From: Armatimonadota bacterium
GTDB lineage: Bacteria > Sysuimicrobiota > Sysuimicrobiia > Sysuimicrobiales > Humicultoraceae
Assembly (NCBI GenBank): GCA_037446215.1
Contig: JBBIJB010000054.1
Coordinates: 1-15,959 of the forward strand
DNA: 15,959 nt
Reading direction: 5' to 3'
This document shows positions 1 through 8,593 of this stretch, one piece after another. The position numbers and the translations under genes were made by a program. Under the pieces are notes generated by a model that was given only the letters and a program-made list of their open reading frames with translations, did no database searches and was not told the origin of the DNA. The number at the start of each line of letters is the position of its first letter. Position 1 is the stretch's first letter.

Positions 1-64
1 GGGCACCAGCATGGTCGCCGCGACCGCTGCGCGGATCTAGGAGGGCGTCGACTTCGACCAACCC

Positions 65-1618
65 GTGATGGGCGCGTTCCTGGACAGGGCCCGGGCCGAG
101 ATCGAGGGGAGCATCTACGCGCGCATGGTCCGCGAGGGCCTCTGCAGGTTCGGGAACGACTACGCTCTCGGACTCCGATGGCTGCGCCACCTCGGCTTCG
201 AGCAGGTCTCCACCAATCCCGTGTTGGCCGCCCTGGCCTACAAGGACGATCCGGGGCTGGCGCGGGCGTTTGGGTGCGGGATCCGCGCGCACAGGAAGTT
301 CGAGGGGTGGGCCGCGTCACCCGATGGGGCGGCGGATGAGATAGCGCTACACGCGACCCTGCTGGCGCTGTGGGACAACCTGCACGTCTACCGCCCGATC
401 TTCTACAACCTCGCCGCCGAGTCGGGCGGAGGCGTGGTCTCCTTCCAACTCAACCCGAACGTGGCCCACCTGGTCGATGAGAGCATCCAGGATGTCTTCA
501 CGGCGTTCGAGGAGGCGGCGGACGATCTGCGGGTCTACGACGACCACCTGCTGGCGGGCTACCCTGCCACGCGGGAGCGGGCCAGGCCAAACATGGTCAT
601 CAAGATCGCGGCCTCCTCTCCCGCCGCGAGGGAGATCGCGCGGACGATCAACGGGTTTGGGTTCGGCTCCAACATAACGGTGATCTACACCTGCTCCCAG
701 CAGGTGACGATGATCCTCGAAGAGATGGTCGGGATGGCCGCCGCCATCAGGAAGGGCATCATCCCGACACAGCTCTACATGACCAACATGGGCGGGCGGC
801 TCGAGAGCCACCTGCGCGAGGCCAAGCTGGAGGAGCTTTTCGGGGATCTCGCCTCCAGGATCGGGGAGGATCGGGCGCTGGAGCGTGTGGCGCATCTCGC
901 GGAGGCGAACGGGACGTCCTCCGCGGTCGGGCGGGCCGAGGGCTACGCGGCCAAGGTCGCCGCCGCGACGCGCTTCTCGCACCAGCGCACGCTCGACGCG
1001 AGCGTCGCAGCGGCCCTTGAAGGGGTGGCCTCCGAGGAAGAGCTCGGGTCGTGGGAGGAGGCGATCGGCAGGTCGGGCACCCTCGTCGCCCGCCGGGTCT
1101 GGAGGGTCTTCTTCTCGGATGAGAACCGTGCGAGGTGGGTCAACTACCTCTGCTCCTGCTTCGGGCTGACCCATGAGCAGGCCGAGACGGTCATGGGCCG
1201 GATCTGCTACCTGCCGGCCTCCAAGCGCAAGCCACAGGACACCTACTGGACGCTCGCCTCCAGGAACATGGTCCACACCGAGTTCCCAAACCATCAGGAG
1301 AACGTGCGTCGGCTCGCCGAGAGCGAGGGCTTCCGCCTTGCCGACTACGTCGAGTCGATCACCGGGGAGTTCCCCACGGAGACGATGGGACTGCTCCGCC
1401 AGATCCCGGACTTCGTCACGGCGTACGAGCTCACACCCGAGCTCAACGGGATCCTCAGCGAGGTCGGCATAGAGGGCGACTTCGGTGAAGGCGGGCACAC
1501 GCCGGAGGCGTGGGGGGAGTTCGGTTCCGTCAAGAAGACCCTGGCCGAGTTCAAAGCTGCCTACGACGCGTTTCGATCCGAGATGCTGGAGCTGTTCAAG
1601 GAGGCCGCGACCAGGTGA
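65..1618 (+). CDS. Transaldolase-family (class I Schiff-base aldolase) protein, large divergent form
   Basis: Transaldolase motifs occur in the expected order: GND (Asp), VSTNP (cf. TTNP), VSFQLNP (cf. STEV), NMVIKI (Schiff-base Lys, codon 602-604), SNIT (cf. NxT), MGGRL (cf. FVGR), LPASKR (cf. ASFR/WAST). GC3-rich codons. The start is uncertain because there is no well-spaced RBS. Confidence 0.8.
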   Translation: MMGAFLDRARAEIEGSIYARMVREGLCRFGNDYALGLRWLRHLGFEQVSTNPVLAALAYKDDPGLARAFGCGIRAHRKFEGWAASPDGAADEIALHATLLALWDNLHVYRPIFYNLAAESGGGVVSFQLNPNVAHLVDESIQDVFTAFEEAADDLRVYDDHLLAGYPATRERARPNMVIKIAASSPAAREIARTINGFGFGSNITVIYTCSQQVTMILEEMVGMAAAIRKGIIPTQLYMTNMGGRLESHLREAKLEELFGDLASRIGEDRALERVAHLAEANGTSSAVGRAEGYAAKVAAATRFSHQRTLDASVAAALEGVASEEELGSWEEAIGRSGTLVARRVWRVFFSDENRARWVNYLCSCFGLTHEQAETVMGRICYLPASKRKPQDTYWTLASRNMVHTEFPNHQENVRRLAESEGFRLADYVESITGEFPTETMGLLRQIPDFVTAYELTPELNGILSEVGIEGDFGEGGHTPEAWGEFGSVKKTLAEFKAAYDAFRSEMLELFKEAATR

Positions 1619-2865
1619 CGCTCTCCAGGTACAGCATGGGAATCGGGGACAGGTTTGCCAGGCAGGGCCGCGCGCAGCTGGCGGCGTTCGTCGCAGCCAG
1701 GGAGCGGGGCGTGGAGATCACGCCCGTCTGGAACAAGTCCCACCGGGAGCACGCGATCGTGGGCTCACACCCCAGAGGCGTGAGAGCCGAGGCGGACGAC
1801 GCCGTGCGGGCACTTGGGTGGACCGGCCCCTACTGGGTGGACGCCGACCACGTGAGCGCTGGGAACGTCGATGCCTTCATCGAGTCATGCGACTTCTTCA
1901 CGATCGACATGGCCGACTTCGTGGGCCGGCCGGCCCCGGAGGCCGACATCCAGGAGTTCGTGGCGCGGCACCGCCGCTACGTCAACTCGCTGAGCGTGCC
2001 TGGGATAGACCGGCCGCTGGCGGTTACCAAGCAGAGCATCGCCGGCGTAGCGAGGAACTACCTCACCGCGGTCCGAGAGGCAGGGGAAGTCTATCGCCGC
2101 ATCAGGGCCGCCAAGGGGCACCAGCGATTCATCGCCGAGGTGTCGCTGGACGAGACGGCCTCGCCGCAGACGCCGGAGGAGCTGCTCTGCATCCTCGCCG
2201 CCCTGGCCGAGGAGAGGATCCCCGCCCGGACGGTCGCTCCCAAGTTCACCGGCCGGTTCAACAAGGGGGTGGACTACGCGGGCGACACGGGTGCCTTCGA
2301 GCGGGGGTTCAACGAGGTCCTGGCGGTGATCGCCTACGCGGTGCAGGAGTTCGACCTGCCCTCCGACCTCAAGTTGAGCGTTCACTCGGGCAGTGACAAG
2401 TTCTCGATATACGGAGCGATCGCGCGCGCTCTCAGGCGGCATCGCGCGGGACTGCACCTGAAGACCGCGGGCACCACCTGGCTGGAGGAGCTGGCAGGGC
2501 TGGCGGCGGCTGGGGGCGCCTCCCTGGAATTGGCCAAGACCATCTACGAACAGGCCCACGGCCGGATCGACGAGCTGTGCAGGCCGTACCTGGCCGTGAT
2601 CGACATCGATCCGAGCCGCCTTCCTTCGCCCGACGCCGTCCGGAAGTGGTCGGGTGAGGAGTACGCGTCGGCGCTTCGCCACAATCAGGCCTGTCCCGCC
2701 TACAATCCCCACTTCCGGCAGCTGCTTCACGTGGCGTTTCGGGTAGCCGCCGAGATGGGCGACGACTACCTCCGCGCGCTGGATGCGAGCGCGGGCGTGA
2801 TCGGCCCAATGGTGACCGAGAACCTGTTCGCCAGGCACATCGAGCCGCTCTTCCTGCGGGTCTAG
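1615..2865 (+). CDS. uxaE: Tagaturonate/fructuronate epimerase (UxaE family)
   Basis: N-terminus MTLSRYSMGIGDRF, plus motifs DADH, EVSLDET, HSGSDKF, HLKTAGTTWLEE and RQLLHV typical of UxaE. Start reassigned to GTG 1615, which overlaps the upstream TGA (GTGA) and has AAGGAGG at 1598-1604. Confidence 0.85.
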   Translation: MTLSRYSMGIGDRFARQGRAQLAAFVAARERGVEITPVWNKSHREHAIVGSHPRGVRAEADDAVRALGWTGPYWVDADHVSAGNVDAFIESCDFFTIDMADFVGRPAPEADIQEFVARHRRYVNSLSVPGIDRPLAVTKQSIAGVARNYLTAVREAGEVYRRIRAAKGHQRFIAEVSLDETASPQTPEELLCILAALAEERIPARTVAPKFTGRFNKGVDYAGDTGAFERGFNEVLAVIAYAVQEFDLPSDLKLSVHSGSDKFSIYGAIARALRRHRAGLHLKTAGTTWLEELAGLAAAGGASLELAKTIYEQAHGRIDELCRPYLAVIDIDPSRLPSPDAVRKWSGEEYASALRHNQACPAYNPHFRQLLHVAFRVAAEMGDDYLRALDASAGVIGPMVTENLFARHIEPLFLRV

Positions 2866-2878
2866 GGGACGGACACGT

Positions 2879-4273
2879 ATGCGCGACGACGATTGGGTCC
2901 TGGTATCCGCGACCGAGCTGGGCAAGAAGCTGCGGGCAGGCTCGGCCTCCTCGGTGGAGATCACACGCTTCTTCCTGAACCGTCTGGAGCTCAGAGCCCC
3001 AGGGTACAACGCCCTCGCCGCGCTCACCCCCGAGATCGCGATGGCACAGGCCCGTCGCGCCGACCGCCTGCTCAGGAGCCGCGAGGAGGGCTGGCCCCTC
3101 CTCGGGGTCCCGTACGCCGCCAAGGACCTGCTGGCTACAAAGGGGGTCCCTACGCGGTGGGGATCGCCCCCTCACCGCGATCAGGCCTTCGACTACGACG
3201 CGTCGGTGATCCGCAGGCTGGCCCGGGCCGGCGCCGTGCTCACGGGGAAGTTGGCGATGGTGGAACTCGCCGGGGGCGGCGGATACGAGTATGCGACCGC
3301 GTCACTGCACGGACCGGGGCTCAACCCATGGGACACCAATCACTGGGCCGGGGGCTCGTCGTCGGGCTCGGGCATTGCCGTGTCGGCCGCGCTGGTCCCC
3401 TACGCCCTCGGATCCGAGACCTGGGGCAGCATAGTAACGCCCTCGGCCTACTGCGGGATCACGGGGCTGCGCCCGACCTGGAGCCTGGTCAGCCGCCACG
3501 GCGCCATGGAGCTGGCGTGGAGCATGGACAAGATCGGCCCGATGGCGCGCAGCGCGGAGGACTGCGGGTGGGTGCTGCAGGCTATCGCGGGGCCCGACCG
3601 CAACGATCCAACCGCGGCGAGCCGCGGGTTTGAGTTCAACCCGAGCCCGTCGGGCAGGCGCTTCCGCCTGGGGATACTGCCGGCCGACTTCGGCGATGCC
3701 CCTGATCTAGAGCGGGCGTTTGAGGAAGCGGTGCGCGTGCTCCGGCGCGGGGGGATGCGGGTATCACAGGCCAAGCTGCCTGACCTGCCGTACGAAGCCA
3801 CGGCGCGGACGATCCTCAACGGCGAGATCGCCGCGGCGCACGCCGACCTGATAAGGAGCGATCGGCTCGAGCAGCTGGTGGACCGGGGCCAGAAGCAGGG
3901 CCTGCGCGACTCCCTCAATCTGACCGCCTCGGAGTATGCGAAGGCGGTGCAGGAGCGCCTAAAGATCAACCGCGCCCTGCTCCGGGTCTTCGAGCGGTTC
4001 GACGCCCTCCTCTCCCCTTCCCTGATGAACGAGGCGCTGCCGCTGGAAGCGAACATCAAGAAGGCACGGCGTAGGCAGGGCAACTACAGCGTCCTGGGCG
4101 CCCTGTGCGGCCTGCCCGCGCTCAGCCTTCCAATGGGGTTCGGGGGCAGCGGCCTGCCGCTTGGGATGGCGGTCACCGGAAACCTGTTCGACGAGGCGGC
4201 AATCCTGGAGATCGGAATGGCGTTCCAGAGAGAGACGGACTGGCACAGGAGCCTGCCGCCGGGCTGCACGTAG
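2879..4273 (+). CDS. Amidase signature family enzyme (GatA-like fold, substrate unknown)
   Basis: PLLGVPYAAKDL (catalytic Lys), GGSSSGS and GSETWGSI..PSAYCGITGLRPT give the Ser-cisSer-Lys triad. C-terminal GLPLGM. No gatB/gatC neighbours. Confidence 0.9.
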   Translation: MRDDDWVLVSATELGKKLRAGSASSVEITRFFLNRLELRAPGYNALAALTPEIAMAQARRADRLLRSREEGWPLLGVPYAAKDLLATKGVPTRWGSPPHRDQAFDYDASVIRRLARAGAVLTGKLAMVELAGGGGYEYATASLHGPGLNPWDTNHWAGGSSSGSGIAVSAALVPYALGSETWGSIVTPSAYCGITGLRPTWSLVSRHGAMELAWSMDKIGPMARSAEDCGWVLQAIAGPDRNDPTAASRGFEFNPSPSGRRFRLGILPADFGDAPDLERAFEEAVRVLRRGGMRVSQAKLPDLPYEATARTILNGEIAAAHADLIRSDRLEQLVDRGQKQGLRDSLNLTASEYAKAVQERLKINRALLRVFERFDALLSPSLMNEALPLEANIKKARRRQGNYSVLGALCGLPALSLPMGFGGSGLPLGMAVTGNLFDEAAILEIGMAFQRETDWHRSLPPGCT

Positions 4274-4291
4274 GCATGGTGGCCGTTGTCC

Positions 4292-4368
4292 TGGCGCGCC
4301 TGGAGGGACTCGAACCCCCGGCCCGCTGCTTAGAAGGCAGCCGCTCTATCCGACTGAGCTACAGGCGC
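4292..4368 (-). tRNA. tRNA-Arg, anticodon TCT (reads AGA), CCA encoded
   Basis: Reverse complement is GCGCCTGTAGCTCAGTCGGATAGAGCGGCTGCCTTCTAAGCAGCGGGCCGGGGGTTCGAGTCCCTCCAGGCGCGCCA (77 nt). Acceptor stem GCGCCTG/CAGGCGC, D-arm GCTC/GAGC, anticodon stem GCTGC/GCAGC with loop CT-TCT-AA, T-loop TTCGAGT, 3' CCA. Confidence 0.97.
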
Positions 4369-4381
4369 GCGGCCCGGAGAG

Positions 4382-4390
4382 AGTATATCA
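4382..4390 (-). promoter_or_regulatory. Extended -10 promoter element (TG-A-TATACT) for tRNA-Arg
   Basis: The minus strand reads TGATATACT, ending 13 nt before the tRNA 5' end. It is an AT-rich patch in GC-rich context. No consensus -35 seen. Confidence 0.6.
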
Positions 4391-4400
4391 CGGCGGCCCG

Positions 4401-5426
4401 CTACAGGAGCCGGTGCACCGACAGCGACGAGAGCGCCACGGCCGCCACGAGCGCCACCAGGGCGGTGCCGGCGGCGATGGCCGTCACCTCTGTCGGACGC
4501 CTCTCCCATCCTATCCGGCGCCCGAGCTGGCGGTAGACGTCTCGCAGCTCTCCCGCGTTCGTCGCCCTGTAGTAGGTCCCTCCCGCGATCTCGGCCACCC
4601 CGCGCAGGGTCTCTTCGTCGAGGCGGACCCATATCGTGCGCCCGCCCACCGTGAGCGAGGTGCCCTCTGGGGTGCCGATGCCCACGGTGTGCACCGTGGC
4701 GTTCTGCTCGCGGGCGATCCGGGCCGCCTCGAGCGGCAGCGTTCCGCGGTTGCTCTGGCCGTCGGAGAGCAGAACGACTACGCCTGGTGGGAGCCTGCCG
4801 TCGGTGCCTTCCTGCCGGGCCGGGCCCGGCGCCTGCGGGATCCCCGGCAGCAGCGGCTCACCCATCTGCGCCGGATAGGGGGGGCGCTCCCTTCCCGGCA
4901 GGGCCCAAACCGCCTCCAGCAGCCCATCCCCGATCGCGGTCGCGAACTCGGTGGCCAGACGGCCGAGCGCGTCCATGACCTCCGCGTGATCCGTGGTGGG
5001 TGAGACGACCGTCGTTGCATAGCTGCTGAACGTCACCAGCCCGACGCGGAACCCCCTGGGTAGGGCCTCCACGAACGCCTTGGCGGCCGCCTTCGCCGCC
5101 TCCATCCTGTTCGGCGACATATCGGCGGCGAGCATGCTCCGGCTCACGTCCACGGAGAGCACCACCACGCCGTCAGGAGAGGGCTGGGGAAGTGGGGCGA
5201 CCGGCCGAGCCAGGCCCAGGATGATCGCCCCCAGCGCAAGCAGGTAGAGCGCGGGAGGCGCCCACCTCCGTCGTCTGCCCGGCACCGAGGCCGCCCTCGC
5301 GACGAGGGCGAGGTCGGGCATCACCACCGCCCGGCCGGGAGGGCGCGACAGCACTAACAGGTACAGGGCGGCAAGCACCGGCAGGAGCACCAAGCCGACC
5401 AGCGCCGCCGGAAGCTGGAAGCTCAA
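4401..5426 (-). CDS. VWA domain-containing membrane protein (BatA-like N-terminus)
   Basis: N-terminal hydrophobic helices and LGLARP; MIDAS motif DVSRS...TAIGDG...LLSDG; VHTVGIG; C-terminal TM helix. TTG start with GGAG upstream. Confidence 0.9.
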   Translation of the reverse strand: MSFQLPAALVGLVLLPVLAALYLLVLSRPPGRAVVMPDLALVARAASVPGRRRRWAPPALYLLALGAIILGLARPVAPLPQPSPDGVVVLSVDVSRSMLAADMSPNRMEAAKAAAKAFVEALPRGFRVGLVTFSSYATTVVSPTTDHAEVMDALGRLATEFATAIGDGLLEAVWALPGRERPPYPAQMGEPLLPGIPQAPGPARQEGTDGRLPPGVVVLLSDGQSNRGTLPLEAARIAREQNATVHTVGIGTPEGTSLTVGGRTIWVRLDEETLRGVAEIAGGTYYRATNAGELRDVYRQLGRRIGWERRPTEVTAIAAGTALVALVAAVALSSLSVHRLL

Positions 5427-5451
5427 CCGAGGTCTCCCACCGGTGCCGGGA

Positions 5452-6516
5452 TCACGGAATCCTCCGGAACCAGGCCAGCGACAACCCGCCGCCGGTCAGG
5501 ATCAAGAGGCCGGCGAACCCGGCCAGAAGGAACGTGACCTCGGTTCGCCTGCGCTCCCAGCCCAGGGCACTCCGAAGCTCCGCGGCCACGGCCGCGATCT
5601 GCTCCTCCCCGGCCTCGGCGACGTACTTGCCTCCCGTATCCTGCGATATCCGCTCGAGGGTGGCGGCGTCGAAGGGGGCCAGGACGAGTTGGCCGTCGAC
5701 ACGCATCACCGCACCGGCCCTAGTGCCCGCGCCGAACGAGTAGATACGCACCCTGGCCTCTCGCGCGAGCGCCGCCGCCTGCGCGGGATCAGGACCGAAG
5801 TTGCTCACGCCGTCCGAGAAGACGACCACGAAGGCGGGAGGGAGGTCGTCGACCGAGAGGGGCTTCTCCGCGGGCTGACCGGCGGCCCCGCCGGGCGAAG
5901 AACCGCCTCCGGGTACCTGCGGCTCCCCAGGGCGTGCCCTCTGCCTCAGCCGCTCCAGGCGCTCTCCCAGGAACTCCGCCCGTTTGGGCAGCACTCGGAG
6001 CGCTTCGAGTATGCCCCCGCCCATCGATGTGGCGGTCTGGGGCTTGAGCCGATCGAGGGACTCAGCCAGGGCGGCCCGGTCCGTCGTGGGAGGTAGCAGC
6101 AGCGTCCCGTACTCGCTGAACGCCACCAGCCCGATCCGCATCGATCGGGGCGCGCGCCCTGCCAGGGCCAGGGCCGCCTGCCGCGCGTAGCCGATGCGCG
6201 TCGGCTGGACGTCCGGGGCGGTCATGCTCCTGCTGGTGTCGACCGCTATCACCATCGCGGCCAGGTTCACGGGAACGGGAATCACAACCAACGGCCGTGC
6301 CGTGGCGAGCGCCAGGGCCAGCGCGCCGGCTACGTAGAGGGAGGCGGGGAGCGCCCGATGCCAGGGCGGCGGCTGAGAGACGAGCGCGCCCACAAGCCTG
6401 CTGTCGGCAAGGAGCCCGGTCACGACCCGGCGACGCCTGGCCAGCCCCACGTATCCCCAGACGAGCAGGGGGACGACCGCGGTCGCCGCGAGGGCTAGCG
6501 GCCAGGCGAACTCCAC
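5452..6516 (-). CDS. VWA domain-containing membrane protein (BatA-like), paralog of 4401-5426
   Basis: MEFAWP start, LATARP, MIDAS motif DTSRS...TSMGGG...VFSDG, LGWERR followed by a TM tail. GTG start with AGGAGG upstream; overlaps the end of the DUF58 gene. Confidence 0.9.
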   Translation of the reverse strand: MEFAWPLALAATAVVPLLVWGYVGLARRRRVVTGLLADSRLVGALVSQPPPWHRALPASLYVAGALALALATARPLVVIPVPVNLAAMVIAVDTSRSMTAPDVQPTRIGYARQAALALAGRAPRSMRIGLVAFSEYGTLLLPPTTDRAALAESLDRLKPQTATSMGGGILEALRVLPKRAEFLGERLERLRQRARPGEPQVPGGGSSPGGAAGQPAEKPLSVDDLPPAFVVVFSDGVSNFGPDPAQAAALAREARVRIYSFGAGTRAGAVMRVDGQLVLAPFDAATLERISQDTGGKYVAEAGEEQIAAVAAELRSALGWERRRTEVTFLLAGFAGLLILTGGGLSLAWFRRIP

Positions 6517-7415
6517 AGACGCCTCCTGCGCTGCTGCACGAAGCGGACCAACGGATCCACCATCGATCCTGCCGTCGTCAGCGCGAGCGTATCCACCCGC
6601 GAGCGCCTGAACGCCTGTCGCACGAGTTCGTTCCTGGCGCCGACGAGCCTCTCGAACTCCGCCCGCACACCCGGGTCAGAGGTGTCTATCCAGCACTGCT
6701 CTCCTGTCTCGGGATCTCGCACCGGCATCACCCCCACGTCGGGCAGCGCCTCCTCGGCCGGATCCCTGATCCAAACCGCGACCACATCGTGCCTGCGGGA
6801 AAGGTGTCGGAGCGGGCGCTCCCAGCCCTCGGGGGCGATGAAGTCGGAGATGACGAACACCAGGTGGCGCCTGCGCATCAGCCCCGCGGCGGCCCGAAGC
6901 GTGGCGGCCAGGTCGGTGGTGCCGCCGTCGCCGAACTCGCCCGGCTCCGCCGCCTGCAGGGAGTGCAGGAGGCGCATCGCGTGGCGCCTCCCCGTGCGCG
7001 GCGGCACAAGCGGGGCTCCCCGCCCGGGGAATGCGATCGCCCCGACCTTGTCCCCATGGCGCGTCACTATGAAGGCCGCCACCCCGGCGAACTCGATCGC
7101 CAGCTCGCGCTTGAGCCTCCTGCGGGTGCCGAACGCCATCGAGGGCGAGAGGTCAACCATCAGCCAGGCCGTGAGCTCTCGCTCCTCGGCGTACTGCCGC
7201 ACGAAGAGACGGCTCATCCTGGCGGTCACGTTCCAGTCGATGCGGCGCACCTCGTCGCCGGGCTGGTACTCCCGCACCTCGGCCAGGTCCAGGCTGGGGC
7301 CATAGAAGAGCCCGCGGTAGTCGCCGAACAGGAAGCCGTCCAGGTGCCTGACGACCGTGAACTCAAGCCGCCTCAGCAGCTGTTCCGGGGTCTCCTTGAG
7401 CAGGGCAACGTCCAT
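6495..7415 (-). CDS. DUF58 domain-containing protein (MoxR-associated)
   Basis: Hallmark EVREYQPGDEVRRIDWNVTAR, plus VDLSPSM and VISDF. Start placed at ATG 7415 (MDVALL), preceded by GGGAG and just after the moxR stop. Confidence 0.92.
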   Translation of the reverse strand: MDVALLKETPEQLLRRLEFTVVRHLDGFLFGDYRGLFYGPSLDLAEVREYQPGDEVRRIDWNVTARMSRLFVRQYAEERELTAWLMVDLSPSMAFGTRRRLKRELAIEFAGVAAFIVTRHGDKVGAIAFPGRGAPLVPPRTGRRHAMRLLHSLQAAEPGEFGDGGTTDLAATLRAAAGLMRRRHLVFVISDFIAPEGWERPLRHLSRRHDVVAVWIRDPAEEALPDVGVMPVRDPETGEQCWIDTSDPGVRAEFERLVGARNELVRQAFRRSRVDTLALTTAGSMVDPLVRFVQQRRRRLWSSPGR

Positions 7416-7422
7416 CGTCCCG

Positions 7423-8472
7423 CTACTCCCCCGAGAACCTCTCTCTGTTCGCGATGGCGGCGGCCCGCATCGCCTCGTGCGGGTCCCCAAGCGCCAGCCG
7501 CGGCGCCGAGAGCGCGCCGATCACCTCTCCCACTATCGCGTCGGCGCTAACCTCGTCGGCCAGGGCCTCGTACGAGAGCACGATCCTGTGACGGAGCACC
7601 TCCGGGGCCAGGTCTCGGACGTCCTCGGGCATCACGTACTCCCGCCCCCTGACCACGGCCAGCGCACGCGCGCCGATCACCATGTTCAGGGAGGCGCGCG
7701 GGCTCGCACCGTAGGAGATGTAGCGTCCGAGCTTCGCCAGACCGACCCCACCGGGGTTGCGCGTCGCGGTGGCCAGGTTGACCGAGTACTCCGTGATCTT
7801 CGGGTCCACGTAGACGAGATCCGCGACCCGCTGCAGCTCGAGCAGCTCCGAGGCGGGCAGCACCGGCTCGGCCTCGGGCGGAGTCCGGCTCATCCGGTCG
7901 ACTATGGTGACCTCCTCGTGGCGGCTGGGGTAGCCGATCACGACCTTGAACATGAACCGGTCCACCTGGGCCTCCGGCAAGGGATAGGTGCCCTCGCTCT
8001 CTATTGGGTTCTGGGTGGCCATGACCAGGAACGGCTGGGGCAACTGGAAGGTCTGCTTGCCGATCGTCACCTGCCGCTCCTGCATCGCCTCCAGAAGGGC
8101 GGACTGGACTTTGGCCGGCGCGCGGTTTATCTCGTCGGCCAATACGAAGTTGGCGAAGACCGGCCCCACCTCGGTCTCGAAGGTCCCCGAGTGCTGATTG
8201 TAGATTCGGGTACCGACCAGGTCCGCCGGCACCAGGTCGGGCGTGAACTGGATACGCTTGAACTCGCAGTCTATGGCACGGGCCGCGCTCTTGATCGCGA
8301 GGGTCTTTGCCAGCCCCGGGACGCCCTCGAGGAGGACGTGTCCCCTCGCGAGCAGCGCCACCAGCAGGCGCTCGAGCATCAGATCCTGCCCCACGATCAC
8401 CTTCTTGATCTCGTAGAGCACCTTTCGCGTGGTCGCCGACGCCTGATGGAAAACCTCTAGCGGCATCTGCAC
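7423..8472 (-). CDS. moxR: MoxR-family AAA+ ATPase
   Basis: GHVLLEGVPGLAKT (Walker A), RIQFTPDLVPAD, LADEINRAPAKVQSALLEAMQE (Walker B), ATQNPIESEGTYPLPEAQVDRF, GASPRA. Likely start GTG 8472 (GGAGG 7 nt upstream); ATG 8496 or 8466 are alternatives. Confidence 0.95.
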   Translation of the reverse strand: MQMPLEVFHQASATTRKVLYEIKKVIVGQDLMLERLLVALLARGHVLLEGVPGLAKTLAIKSAARAIDCEFKRIQFTPDLVPADLVGTRIYNQHSGTFETEVGPVFANFVLADEINRAPAKVQSALLEAMQERQVTIGKQTFQLPQPFLVMATQNPIESEGTYPLPEAQVDRFMFKVVIGYPSRHEEVTIVDRMSRTPPEAEPVLPASELLELQRVADLVYVDPKITEYSVNLATATRNPGGVGLAKLGRYISYGASPRASLNMVIGARALAVVRGREYVMPEDVRDLAPEVLRHRIVLSYEALADEVSADAIVGEVIGALSAPRLALGDPHEAMRAAAIANRERFSGE

Positions 8473-8536
8473 AGCCGGTCCTCCCTGACTCGTCATTGTG
8501 TTGGCCGCGGCCGAGCCTGCTCCTAGTTGAGCAAAC

Positions 8537-8571
8537 GGCGGCTGGACCGGGCCCTATGCCCGGCAGCCGCC
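8537..8571. other. GC-rich stem-loop in the predicted moxR 5' leader
   Basis: GGCGGCTG-ga-CCGGGC-cctat-GCCCGG-CAGCCGCC forms a 14-bp stem with a 2-nt bulge and a 5-nt loop. Confidence 0.55.
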
Positions 8572-8593
8572 ACAGCCGGAGCTCTCACCTGAC

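Noticed and set aside
1510..1614. ORF-track start for uxaE at 1510
   Set aside because: It would overlap the transaldolase by about 109 nt. GTG 1615 has an SD, a GTGA overlap and a family-like N-terminus.
2879..4273. Calling the amidase gatA
   Set aside because: No adjacent gatB/gatC and no GatA-specific features recognised; only the generic amidase signature is supported.
4330..4632. Small ORFs overlapping the tRNA
   Set aside because: The region is fully explained by tRNA-Arg and the 3' end of the VWA gene.
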